From an uncultured virus (IMG/VR IMGVR_UViG_3300034102_003702) (taxonomy: Duplodnaviria > Heunggongvirae > Uroviricota > Caudoviricetes), in IMG/VR virus record IMGVR_UViG_3300034102_003702, positions 1 through 64,000 of that record: 64,000 nucleotides of DNA; one strand, written 5' to 3'. The position numbers and the translations under genes were made by a program. Below the pieces are notes generated by a model. It searched no databases and was not told where the DNA came from. It worked only from the letters and a program-made list of their open reading frames with translations. Of the stretch, positions 9,001 to 17,872 are shown in pieces. Each line of letters opens with the position of its first letter. Position 1 is the first letter of the stretch.

Positions 9001-9594
9001 ATGCCCTTTGATGCCTATCGCGAATATCTTGCTCTAAAGAATCACTTTACAAAAGATTCTTATGACTATCATAAGTACTGCGGTAAAAGTAGAGCAACTC
9101 TTCAATCTTTCTATAAGCGTAAAGATCGTTTCTGGTTTGAAAAGGTTACTCGCCAAAAGACCGATAAAGAAATCGTAGAATTCTTTGTTGCAAATTTTGT
9201 ATCTTGTAATGATCCAGAATCTCTTTGGATTGGAGAGATTATGAAAGAAGGGGAAACAAGATATAAGGAATGGCAGAAGAAAGTTCAATCATTATCTTAT
9301 GTCTTTAAGGAAGAAACTCAAAAGATATTTGAAGAAAATAAGTTTGAGGAAGTCTTTGATTGTTCAAAAGGACACCCACCACTTCTTAAAAAATTCCTGA
9401 GCGGGAAGATTTCTCTAGAGACACTGGTGATTTGTGATAGAATCTTCCAGTACGGTAATAACTTTGATAAGAAACTCAAAGACCCAGTATGGGAAACCGT
9501 CAGTCGTAGAATTAAAAAGTACAACCCTTTTCTAAATATTGATGTATTTCGTTATAGGAAGATTTTGAAAGAAGTAATTTTAGGAGATTCATGA
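8998..9594 (+). CDS. gp59: Helicase loader gp59
   Basis: YLALKNHFT..YDY.KY, FYKRKDRFWF, ISLETL; gp33-gp59-gp32 synteny. Confidence 0.9.
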   Translation: MMPFDAYREYLALKNHFTKDSYDYHKYCGKSRATLQSFYKRKDRFWFEKVTRQKTDKEIVEFFVANFVSCNDPESLWIGEIMKEGETRYKEWQKKVQSLSYVFKEETQKIFEENKFEEVFDCSKGHPPLLKKFLSGKISLETLVICDRIFQYGNNFDKKLKDPVWETVSRRIKKYNPFLNIDVFRYRKILKEVILGDS

Positions 9595-9935
9595 GTTTCT
9601 TTAATTCTGAAATTGTTCGTGCAGAGATGGCAGAAATATCCGAACTGCAAGAGGAAGTTTATGGAAGTGTCTTTAAATTTCCCACAATGACAACTGATGA
9701 TAAAATTCGTCATGTTAATCTTTTAGATAAACTTCTAAGTAAACAGCAAGTTCTTTATACTCGCTTAAGTCTTTCTGATGACCCTGAAGCAATTGAAATG
9801 AAAGAACGCATTACGCAATCTGCAATTATGATGGGTATGCCACCAGGCACTGATATGAATATCATCTTGAACAATATGTCCAAGATGCTTGAAGTAATGA
9901 AAGAACAGATTGACAAAACTGGTTCTGACAAGTAG
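9591..9935 (+). CDS. Hypothetical protein (DUF1825-like)
   Basis: MSFFNSEIV...YTRLSLSDDPEA. Confidence 0.75.
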   Translation: MSFFNSEIVRAEMAEISELQEEVYGSVFKFPTMTTDDKIRHVNLLDKLLSKQQVLYTRLSLSDDPEAIEMKERITQSAIMMGMPPGTDMNIILNNMSKMLEVMKEQIDKTGSDK

Positions 9936-9938
9936 AAT
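9910..9938 (+). promoter_or_regulatory. Sigma70-like promoter for gp32
   Basis: TTGACA (9910-9915), 17 nt spacer, TAGAAT (9933-9938). Confidence 0.7.
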
Positions 9939-9982
9939 AACGAAGTACCAAAAGCCAAATCCAATTAATCCGAGGTATACAA

Positions 9983-10930
9983 ATGTCTTTTTCTGATCTC
10001 AAAAAACAATCCAAACTGGGTTCCCTCACTTCCAAACTGGTAAAGGAAGTTGAGAAGATGAGCACTACTTCTGGTGGTGCTGATGAGCGTCTCTGGAAAC
10101 CCGAGATGGATAAAACTGGTAACGGATTCGCAGTGATTCGTTTCCTGCCCGCCCCTGAAGGTGAAGAACTTCCCTGGGCAAAGATGTATTCTCACGCTTT
10201 CCAAGGTCCTGGTGGTTGGTATATTGAGAACTCTCTCACCACCATTGGAGGTAAAGATCCTCTTGGTGAATACAACCGCGAACTGTGGAACACTGGCACT
10301 GAATCAAATAAAGAAACTGTCCGTAAGCAGAAGCGTAAACTGTCTTACTACTCCAACATCTATGTTGTAAAGGATCCCGTAAATCCTGCAAATGAAGGTA
10401 AAGTCTTCCTGTTTAAGTATGGTAAGAAAATCTTTGATAAGGTTATGGAAGCTATGCAACCTGAGTTTGAAGATGAGACTCCTATCAATCCCTTTGACTT
10501 CTGGCAAGGTGCAAACTTCAAACTGAAGATTGTCAAGAAAGATGGTTACTGGAACTATGATAAGTCTGAGTTTGGTCCTGTAGAACCCCTACTGGATGAC
10601 GATGATGCTCTGGAAGCACTTTGGAAGAAAGAGTATTCTCTTGCTGCAGTAACTGCTCCTGACCAATTCAAGTCTTATGAAGATCTTGAGCGTCGTCTGA
10701 AGATGGTTCTGGGTCAGAAAGTTGCTCCTGCACAGTCTCGTGCTGTTGTTGAGCAAGAGGATGATTACGAGTCCTATTCAGTAACTCCTACTGCAGAAAG
10801 TCGTGTCGTAGAAGAACTGGAGCAGTCCTATGCTCGTTCTAAGTCTCCTTCACTTCCTGTAGTTACTAAGGAAGTTGATGATGATGAAGATGATGCTCTT
10901 TCCTATTTCCAAAAATTGGCGGAAGAGTGA
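9983..10930 (+). CDS. gp32: Single-stranded DNA-binding protein gp32
   Basis: DERLWKP, AVIRFLP, YGKKIFDK, GANFKLK, NYDKSEF, acidic C-terminus; GAGG RBS. Confidence 0.96.
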   Translation: MSFSDLKKQSKLGSLTSKLVKEVEKMSTTSGGADERLWKPEMDKTGNGFAVIRFLPAPEGEELPWAKMYSHAFQGPGGWYIENSLTTIGGKDPLGEYNRELWNTGTESNKETVRKQKRKLSYYSNIYVVKDPVNPANEGKVFLFKYGKKIFDKVMEAMQPEFEDETPINPFDFWQGANFKLKIVKKDGYWNYDKSEFGPVEPLLDDDDALEALWKKEYSLAAVTAPDQFKSYEDLERRLKMVLGQKVAPAQSRAVVEQEDDYESYSVTPTAESRVVEELEQSYARSKSPSLPVVTKEVDDDEDDALSYFQKLAEE

Positions 10931-11629
10931 TTAACTAGTTAAACGGATATTATCTGCTCTCTTAAGGGTCTCGCTAACATACTGCGAAGACCCTTTTTTG
11001 TATTGCATATTATCATTCATATCATCAAGAATAATATTTAAGTACGTAGATTTGAGAAGGTAGATATTTCTTTTATCATTATTCAATCTTTCTTCATACT
11101 CATAATTGGTGACAGGCACTGCAATATTTCCACTATCAACTTGATTGTCAATAAAGTAATCATAATAACTTACTGAATAGTCTGAAGAGACTTGGAGACC
11201 TGCAGGAACAATGACTACTCCTTGACTATTTTTTACTTCGGTTGTTTCGTAGTGATGTATTCCATTGTAGACTGAATTATAAACATCTTCTTCAGTATAA
11301 TCATCTTGTTGCATATACTTGTTAAAAAGACAATCATCAAATGAATTTTGTGTTAATGGCCATTCTGATTGAATATTTACAATATTATTTGATAGAAGAA
11401 CTACCCAATCTAATGTTGAATCTCCATAGACTTCAAATGCAACATTATCAGGTCTGTTATCTCCAAGAATCTTGTATTTCTCAAAGAATGCTAAGTTCTG
11501 AAAAATATCTTCTCTTAATTTTCCTTTCTTGAAAAGATTTTTTACTTGAATATAGTCTCCTATCTTAGCATTTGGAAGTCTGCTAACATAATCAAGATTT
11601 GGAACTTGACGGAAATATGGATTTGCCAT
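10931..11629 (-). CDS. gp53: Baseplate wedge protein gp53
   Basis: YF..P, RPDNVA..YG...WVVLLSNNI, HHYET, VTNYEYE..LN..KR.I. Confidence 0.88.
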   Translation of the reverse strand: MANPYFRQVPNLDYVSRLPNAKIGDYIQVKNLFKKGKLREDIFQNLAFFEKYKILGDNRPDNVAFEVYGDSTLDWVVLLSNNIVNIQSEWPLTQNSFDDCLFNKYMQQDDYTEEDVYNSVYNGIHHYETTEVKNSQGVVIVPAGLQVSSDYSVSYYDYFIDNQVDSGNIAVPVTNYEYEERLNNDKRNIYLLKSTYLNIILDDMNDNMQYKKGSSQYVSETLKRADNIRLTS

Positions 11630-11630
11630 T

Positions 11631-13001
11631 TTAGTAACCTATGTTTGAATCTGATTTACCATTATCAGCGTCAGTGTAATCATCATTAAAGATTGGCTCA
11701 AGTTCTTGGAATTGTAATTGCATCTCATAAGAAGTCATTGATTTTTCAGTAGCATAAGTCATGTACTGTCCATCAGGAGTGTAATTAACATTGCATTGAG
11801 TTAATGCACACTCCTTAAATTTATTTAAGTATGGGTGTGAATTTTGACCACTAGTTAGGTATTCTATACCAAAAGTATTTGGTGCTCTTAGAAGAAGAAT
11901 GGATTGACTTCTTTGAACTGACATTGCCTGTTTGAAGTATCTGATAATAGTTCTAACTATCTTTGCTTCACTTTCACTTCTTGGTGATAACCTAAATGAG
12001 AAACTAAAGGTTCTCAATGATGGTCCACTGAATAATAGTTCTGAGTTTGGGTTTAAGACCTGCCCATATGCTCTTGAAAGAACATTTGTATTGGTTACTG
12101 CTTGGGCAGTTTTTACTGCAACGATTGATGCAAGAGTTTTTGAATCAGTATCACTCAATGCACCAAGTGTTTCTTTTGCCGATGCAACACCCGCATCTTT
12201 GCCCTTAGAGACAAATTGTGTAATGAAGTCTGAAATTCCTGCAGTTGCAAGATCTAGATCATCTTTTTGCCAATCGGCAGTATTCGAATCACTAATTCCT
12301 GCAGGGACGGGAAGAACAATTGTTCCTATTGGAGTTTTTTTGTTTAGTCTTCTTCTCTCTCTATTTTCTACAAGACCCAATCCCCTTGGATCATATTTAA
12401 ATATGCTAAATTTTATACAATCTTGGTGTTCTAATTGAAGATTTTCTGGATATTTTAATATAGTTGTTCCATTGTAATTTTCTCTTGTTCCTTCCGCAGG
12501 ACCTTTATTAACTTCGTTCTCTGTCTCCTCAAAGTTTTTTGATTGTTCATCTTTTTTCGGCAATTCCGCAACATTTCCAACTCCCAATTGTTCTTGTTGA
12601 GGTTTGCTTGCTTCTGCTTTTTGTGCAGATGTTTGCCCAGCTTGTCTAGATCCTGTATATAATGATCCTCCAGGTTTTAATGCTTTAATTTGTTCTGCTG
12701 TTAAAATTTCCTGTTTAAGTGGAACTAGATTAGATTTTCCACCAGAAGAGGGATCGTACCAATTTCTTCCACCATCAAAAGAAACTGCAAGAGCCCTTTC
12801 TGTTTTTCCACTTCTTGCAGTTACAGTATCTTGTAATGTCAATTTTGACGCAATAATATTACCATCTTTATCTACATTCGCATCAGTTTTTACTGTGTAA
12901 TTGGTTACAGTATTTCCAACTTTTACTCGAAAGGGGTCGCTTGTATATCCTTTGGCACCAGGAGAAGAACCATCTTTAAAACTATAACTCGTTGCTGGCA
13001 T
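11631..13001 (-). CDS. gp48: Baseplate tail-tube cap gp48 with N-terminal extension
   Basis: LKYP, NPNSELLFSGPSLRTFSFSF..PRSE.EA, LQFQELEP. Confidence 0.8.
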   Translation of the reverse strand: MPATSYSFKDGSSPGAKGYTSDPFRVKVGNTVTNYTVKTDANVDKDGNIIASKLTLQDTVTARSGKTERALAVSFDGGRNWYDPSSGGKSNLVPLKQEILTAEQIKALKPGGSLYTGSRQAGQTSAQKAEASKPQQEQLGVGNVAELPKKDEQSKNFEETENEVNKGPAEGTRENYNGTTILKYPENLQLEHQDCIKFSIFKYDPRGLGLVENRERRRLNKKTPIGTIVLPVPAGISDSNTADWQKDDLDLATAGISDFITQFVSKGKDAGVASAKETLGALSDTDSKTLASIVAVKTAQAVTNTNVLSRAYGQVLNPNSELLFSGPSLRTFSFSFRLSPRSESEAKIVRTIIRYFKQAMSVQRSQSILLLRAPNTFGIEYLTSGQNSHPYLNKFKECALTQCNVNYTPDGQYMTYATEKSMTSYEMQLQFQELEPIFNDDYTDADNGKSDSNIGY

Positions 13002-13073
13002 TAAGATACCTCCCCAGAAGAGAGGATGTTTAGAATATGTTGTCTTATTGTTCTAAACATTGACACATAGTTT

Positions 13074-13460
13074 TTATTTATTTAGACGAAATTTTGCATA
13101 AGGTATTGAGAGTAATTCATCAAGTTCTTCATATTTAACAACATGAAGTTTTCCTGCAATTTCTTCCCAAGTATAGTTTCTAGATTTTCTCCAATGAAAA
13201 TTGATTGCCTTAAATCCCCATTTTTGTAACTCCATGCAGGCAATTAGTGGGTGCTGGTCATATCTAATATTTGGTGTTTTTGGATTGTATATAAAGGTAT
13301 AGAATTTTCCTGGTTCTGGATATAAAACTTCTTCCTTAAGAACATCCATGATGATGAGCATTAAGTCTTCTGGATCTTTTGTATTTGCTTTATCAATTCT
13401 TTTTTTAAGTTCTCTGACTCTTGGAGTAGATCCAACATACTGTCCAAATCCTTGTGCCAT
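13074..13460 (-). CDS. DNA end-protector-like protein (gp2-like)
   Basis: PGKFYTFIYNPKT..YDQHPLI...INFH; position next to gp4. Confidence 0.6.
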   Translation of the reverse strand: MAQGFGQYVGSTPRVRELKKRIDKANTKDPEDLMLIIMDVLKEEVLYPEPGKFYTFIYNPKTPNIRYDQHPLIACMELQKWGFKAINFHWRKSRNYTWEEIAGKLHVVKYEELDELLSIPYAKFRLNK

Positions 13461-13903
13461 TACTTGATGCCTAATTCGTTTTCGGTTATCACCTTAAACT
13501 CCAATCTCCTATCTTCGCACCATTCAACTGCAGCTTTCCACTTTGCCTGGTTGACTGCATATGTTTTTGCTTCATAAAGATATGATTTAGTCACTCTTGT
13601 TTTTTTCTTTGGAGGTTCCGTTTGTCTTTTTGGTTTGACTTCAATCACATATGTTTTAATCTGTCCAGTACTTTCTTTTACTTTAATTATAAAGTCTGGA
13701 AAATATCTATGAACCCTATTATCAACTGGAGAAAGATATGGAATCCAAAATTCTTCACTTCCCCATTCAATAATATTTTCGTTTAAATCGCACCAATGAC
13801 AAAATCGTCTTTCCCAACTACTTCTGCATATGATATTATTAGGATCACCTTTATACTTTTGTGGAAATGATGGTTTGTATTTGCTTTTAATACTTTCTGC
13901 CAT
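13460..13903 (-). CDS. gp4: Head completion protein gp4 (TnsA-like nuclease fold)
   Basis: KYKGD, RSSWE, WGSEE, HRYFPDF, IEVKP, NQAKW. Confidence 0.92.
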   Translation of the reverse strand: MAESIKSKYKPSFPQKYKGDPNNIICRSSWERRFCHWCDLNENIIEWGSEEFWIPYLSPVDNRVHRYFPDFIIKVKESTGQIKTYVIEVKPKRQTEPPKKKTRVTKSYLYEAKTYAVNQAKWKAAVEWCEDRRLEFKVITENELGIK

Positions 13904-13936
13904 TATCCTTACTACATAATATAACGGATCAAAAAG

Positions 13937-13944
13937 TATTTATA
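13937..13944 (-). promoter_or_regulatory. T4 late promoter for the gp4-gp53 operon
   Basis: Perfect TATAAATA on the minus strand about 33 nt upstream of the gp4 ATG. Confidence 0.8.
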
Positions 13945-13945
13945 G

Positions 13946-14794
13946 ATGCCTACTAATAGGACAGTAGACCAAATTAAGGCAAACCTTCTACAACCTGCTC
14001 TTACCTCTCATTTTGAGGTAAGTATTCCAAGACCTGGTGGATTAACGTCAGATTATTTGTCGAGTAATGGAGTCAAGTATGATCAAATCAAATTAAATTT
14101 ATTGTGTTCTGAGGCTTCTCTTCCTGGGTCAAGTCTAGCAACTCACGAAATCAATAATGATTTTACAGGAGTAACTGAAAGACATGTATATAGAAGATTA
14201 TATGATGATAGAATTGATTTAAGTTTTTATGTTGATGCAGAAAATTATCTTCCTATCAGATACTTTGAAACCTGGATGAAATATATTGTTGGGGAAAATA
14301 TTTCAGAAAAAGAAGGTGGTAGAGTGGGAACAACTGGTAGTAATTATTTTTATAGAATGAACTATCCTGAGGGAACTGGTGGAAAAAATCCAAGTGGTGG
14401 ATATGTTGCTGATGGAATGAAAGTTACAAAATTTGAAAGAACTGGTAAAAACTCAAACTATACTGGTGGGTCTTTGGAGTATACTTTTGTAAAAGTATTC
14501 CCTATCAGTGTTTCTTCAATACCTGTATCTTACGATACTGCTTCCTTATTAAAATGTACAGTTTCTCTTACATATCTTAGATATGTTGTAAATCCTGTCA
14601 TTACCCCAAATACTAATGTAAATGGATCAAGTCCACAACAACTTGCGGCAGCAAATAGTTTAATATTCAATCAATCTGTATTTACAAATCCACAGATTAT
14701 TCCAAACCAAACAATTGGTGGAGTTTCTTTGTCAGCATCTCAGTTATCTGGAAATTCTATTAATTTGCAACAGGCAGCAAATCTTAATCTTTGA
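13946..14794 (+). CDS. Tail tube/baseplate initiator-like protein (gp19/gp54-like)
   Basis: LLCSEASLPG, R.YDD.IDLSFYVD, FETWM, FPISV...TVSLTY resemble the tube-protein fold; synteny. Confidence 0.65.
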   Translation: MPTNRTVDQIKANLLQPALTSHFEVSIPRPGGLTSDYLSSNGVKYDQIKLNLLCSEASLPGSSLATHEINNDFTGVTERHVYRRLYDDRIDLSFYVDAENYLPIRYFETWMKYIVGENISEKEGGRVGTTGSNYFYRMNYPEGTGGKNPSGGYVADGMKVTKFERTGKNSNYTGGSLEYTFVKVFPISVSSIPVSYDTASLLKCTVSLTYLRYVVNPVITPNTNVNGSSPQQLAAANSLIFNQSVFTNPQIIPNQTIGGVSLSASQLSGNSINLQQAANLNL

Positions 14795-14838
14795 TTTTGA
14801 GAATAAATAATCATACCTGAAATTTTCTATAGGACATT

Positions 14839-15558
14839 ATGCCTTTACCAAAGATTAGTACGCCAATTTATCAACTTGAATTGCCATCAACAGGGGAAAC
14901 AGTTCAATACAGACCATTTCTAGTAAAAGAAGAAAAGGTACTAGTAATTGCTTTAGAGAGTGAAGATACTAAGCAAATTACTACTGCTATTAAGACAGTA
15001 ATTAAAAATTGCATTATCACAAAAGGTGTTAAGGTAGAATCTCTTCCTACTTTTGATATTGAATATTTGTTCTTAAATATTCGTGGAAAGTCGGTAGGAG
15101 AAGAAATCGAAGTTAATGTTATTTGTCCTGACGACGAAGAAACTAATGTTGCCGTCAGTATCAATCTAGACGACATTAAAGTTCAAAAGGAAGAAACTCA
15201 TACAAATAAAATTAAAGTAGATCCTACTATTATAATGGAAATGAAGTATCCTTCATTGGATCAATTTATTAAGACTAATTTTGATTTTAAAAATGATAAT
15301 GCAATGGATCAATCATTTGAATTGATTGCATCTTGTATTGATAAAATTTATACTGAAGATGAAGTGTGGGCAGCATCTGATGTAACTAAAAAAGAACTTC
15401 TTGAATTTTTAGAGCAGATGAATTCTGCTCAGTTCAAAGAAATTGAAAAATTCTTTGAAACAATGCCAAGACTTTCTCATAAAATTACAGTTACAAATCC
15501 AAAAACTAAAGTAGAGAGTGAAGTAGTTCTAGAAGGGTTAGCATCTTTTTTCGCATAG
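14839..15558 (+). CDS. gp26: Baseplate hub assembly protein gp26
   Basis: MPLPK, YRPFLVKEEK, FDIEYLFLNIRGKSVGE, ends LEGLASFFA; AATAAATA upstream. Confidence 0.9.
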   Translation: MPLPKISTPIYQLELPSTGETVQYRPFLVKEEKVLVIALESEDTKQITTAIKTVIKNCIITKGVKVESLPTFDIEYLFLNIRGKSVGEEIEVNVICPDDEETNVAVSINLDDIKVQKEETHTNKIKVDPTIIMEMKYPSLDQFIKTNFDFKNDNAMDQSFELIASCIDKIYTEDEVWAASDVTKKELLEFLEQMNSAQFKEIEKFFETMPRLSHKITVTNPKTKVESEVVLEGLASFFA

Positions 15559-15576
15559 CACTGGTCCATATGGACC
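15546..15576 (+). promoter_or_regulatory. Candidate -1 ribosomal frameshift signal
   Basis: Slippery heptamer T TTT TTC (15546-15552) and GGTCC-ATAT-GGACC hairpin (15563-15576). Confidence 0.55.
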
Positions 15577-15746
15577 TTGAGAACTACTTCAGACTTAACT
15601 TTGCTTTAATGCAGTATCATAAATACTCATTAACAGAGATTGAAAATATGATTCCTTGGGAAAGGGATGTTTATGTTGAATTATTGAAGCAACATCTGGA
15701 AGAAGAGAAACTCAAACAACAAGCAAATGGCGGTCAATCCTTCTAA
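15570..15746 (+). CDS. gp51: Baseplate hub assembly protein gp51-like (58 aa, not in ORF track)
   Basis: MDLENYFRLNFALMQYHKYSLTEIENMIPWERDVYV; directly after gp26. Confidence 0.85.
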   Translation: MDLENYFRLNFALMQYHKYSLTEIENMIPWERDVYVELLKQHLEEEKLKQQANGGQSF

Positions 15747-17868
15747 AATTAGTTCTCTAGTTCTCTCTAATGGGAAGAAGGTATCTACTGAAAAAATTGA
15801 TGAAAGGATTTTAGAACTGCTTGGTCTTCAGGATGAATATGAATTGTCCTATGATGAATATTCTGGACATTTAAAAGAAGCAATGGTTGCTTCCAGAATG
15901 TCTAAAACTAGATATTCAACCTTGGAAACAGAATTAATCACAAATGAATGGAAGAGAGTAAAATCAAAGAAAGGTAGATTTAAACCAAAAAAAATTAGTG
16001 TAGAAAGTTTTAAAAAAGGAAGTGCTGTAGGAATCCAATTAGGAAAACAAAAATTACTTAAGGGAATATCAACTAAAAGATTGGCATTGCCTTCAGCGAT
16101 TGATAATATGTCTGGGGCAAATGATATTAATAATATTAAAAATGCTCTATCTCAAATCATTGCCAATTTAACAGAACAGAATAAAATTCAGAAAAAGATA
16201 TTAGAAAGAGAAAGAATACAGAGTGAAAAGGAAAAAAGAGCAGGAGCAGAAGCACTTTTAGAAAAAGGATTTACTAAGGCACTTGGTGCAGCACAAAAGA
16301 TGTTGGCACCTATCAAGTCATTACTTGATAAAATTATTGATGCAATCATTGCTATTTTTATTGGAAGGTCTATTGTAAAACTAATTGAATGGTTTGGTAA
16401 TAAAGATAATCAAGAAAAAGTCAAGAGCATCTTTAAGTTTCTTGGTGAACATTGGCCAAAACTACTTGCACTGTATCTAAGATTTGGAACAGGTCTTGGT
16501 AAATTTATTGGAGGTTTATCTTCACTTCTAATCAGGGGAACTTTAAGACTTGTTCAAGCAGCAGCAGGATTGGCAGCAAGAGCAGGATTGAGAGGTGCTG
16601 GTAAGGTTGCAGGATTCCTTGGCGGTAGAGGTGGGAAACTATTAGGTGCTGGATTAGAAATTGGTACAGCAGTTGCCGGTACTATGGCACTGAGTAAAGG
16701 CATTGAAGATTTTGGTGGAGTTAAATTTGCTGGTGGTGGACTTGCAAACTTTAAAAAATTATTTGGATTTTTTGGTGGTGGTACAAGACCTGGATACATC
16801 AGTGGACAAAAGGGTGTAGATAAAATTCCCGCAATGTTGAGTGATGGTGAATTTGTTATGTCGCGTGGTGCTGTCCAGAAGTACGGTACAAGCACTTTAG
16901 AGGCAATGAATGCTTCTGGTGGAGGAACAAACAGACCAAGAATGATTACTGGAACAACTTATGCTGCAGGTGGTGGGCAGATTGGAACTCGTAGTGTTGA
17001 TCCTCCATTGGGCGGAAATGAAAAAATTGCATACAATCAACTCAAATTAAATTTCCCATCAGCAAAACCTTATCATATTGCTGCTGCTCTTGGCAATTTC
17101 TCAATTGAGGCACCTGGATTAAAACCAAATACTGCTCAAGACGGTGGAGGTCCTGGTAGAGGAGTGGCACAATGGGAAACTCCTGGAAGATGGGATACTG
17201 CAGTAAAGAGATATGGTCCTGGAGTTTTTAATAACCTGAAGCAACAAATGGATTATGTTAAGTATGAAATGGATACTGGCAATCCAGACTCTCAAGGAAG
17301 ACCTCAACTTCCTTGGGGAAGAGAAACGAAGAGTGCTTGGTTAGGTTCAAAAAATTTAAGTGAAGCAACCAAGAATTTTATGCTTGGATATGAAGCACCA
17401 AGCGTACCGCACGAATCTGCAAGAATGGCAGCGGCTAAAAGAATATTAAATTCAAGTTCATCTGCAAATATTGCATCAAAACCAAAACCAAAAGGTCAGC
17501 AACCAAATATTCTGCAGAAAGTTGGAACTGGTATTGCATCTATGTTTGGATTAAATCAACCAGCAAAAGCAGAACCAGTTTCCAAACCTAAACCAAGATT
17601 TGCAGGTGGACTTTCTCCAGATTCTTCTCAGAGAAAGTCATCATCAATTCCAACAATGACTTTCTCTGCTTCAAAATCTAGATCATCTCAAAGAAATATT
17701 TCTGCACCAACTAATTTTATGCCAGAAATAGTTTATGAAGTTGCTGTTCCAAGTTCAACAAAACCATCTGTAGGTGGTCTTGGTGGTTCTCCTCAAGTAC
17801 CATCATTTAGTAATGTTCATGCATCTAATAATGCAGTCAGAAATGCAAAGATATATGGAGTAAGATAA
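15727..17868 (+). CDS. Tape-measure-like virion protein with tail-lysozyme-like domain
   Basis: Helical N-terminal half, DKIPAMLSDGEFVM motif, AAALGNFSIE...GRGVAQW lysozyme-like motif. Confidence 0.65.
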   Translation: MAVNPSKISSLVLSNGKKVSTEKIDERILELLGLQDEYELSYDEYSGHLKEAMVASRMSKTRYSTLETELITNEWKRVKSKKGRFKPKKISVESFKKGSAVGIQLGKQKLLKGISTKRLALPSAIDNMSGANDINNIKNALSQIIANLTEQNKIQKKILERERIQSEKEKRAGAEALLEKGFTKALGAAQKMLAPIKSLLDKIIDAIIAIFIGRSIVKLIEWFGNKDNQEKVKSIFKFLGEHWPKLLALYLRFGTGLGKFIGGLSSLLIRGTLRLVQAAAGLAARAGLRGAGKVAGFLGGRGGKLLGAGLEIGTAVAGTMALSKGIEDFGGVKFAGGGLANFKKLFGFFGGGTRPGYISGQKGVDKIPAMLSDGEFVMSRGAVQKYGTSTLEAMNASGGGTNRPRMITGTTYAAGGGQIGTRSVDPPLGGNEKIAYNQLKLNFPSAKPYHIAAALGNFSIEAPGLKPNTAQDGGGPGRGVAQWETPGRWDTAVKRYGPGVFNNLKQQMDYVKYEMDTGNPDSQGRPQLPWGRETKSAWLGSKNLSEATKNFMLGYEAPSVPHESARMAAAKRILNSSSSANIASKPKPKGQQPNILQKVGTGIASMFGLNQPAKAEPVSKPKPRFAGGLSPDSSQRKSSSIPTMTFSASKSRSSQRNISAPTNFMPEIVYEVAVPSSTKPSVGGLGGSPQVPSFSNVHASNNAVRNAKIYGVR

Positions 17869-17872
17869 GTAA

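Noticed and set aside
10931..10942. Palindrome TTAACTAGTTAA at the convergent gp32/gp53 junction
   Set aside because: Short, AT-rich, loopless and partly forced by the stop codon; not enough support for a terminator call.
11932..12900. Plus-strand ORFs 11932-12438 and 12604-12900
   Set aside because: Antisense to gp48, with no RBS or recognisable motif.
13460..13903. TnsA transposase (mobile element)
   Set aside because: The fold is shared with T4 gp4; context is the gp4-gp2-gp48-gp53 block, with no terminal repeats or other tns genes.
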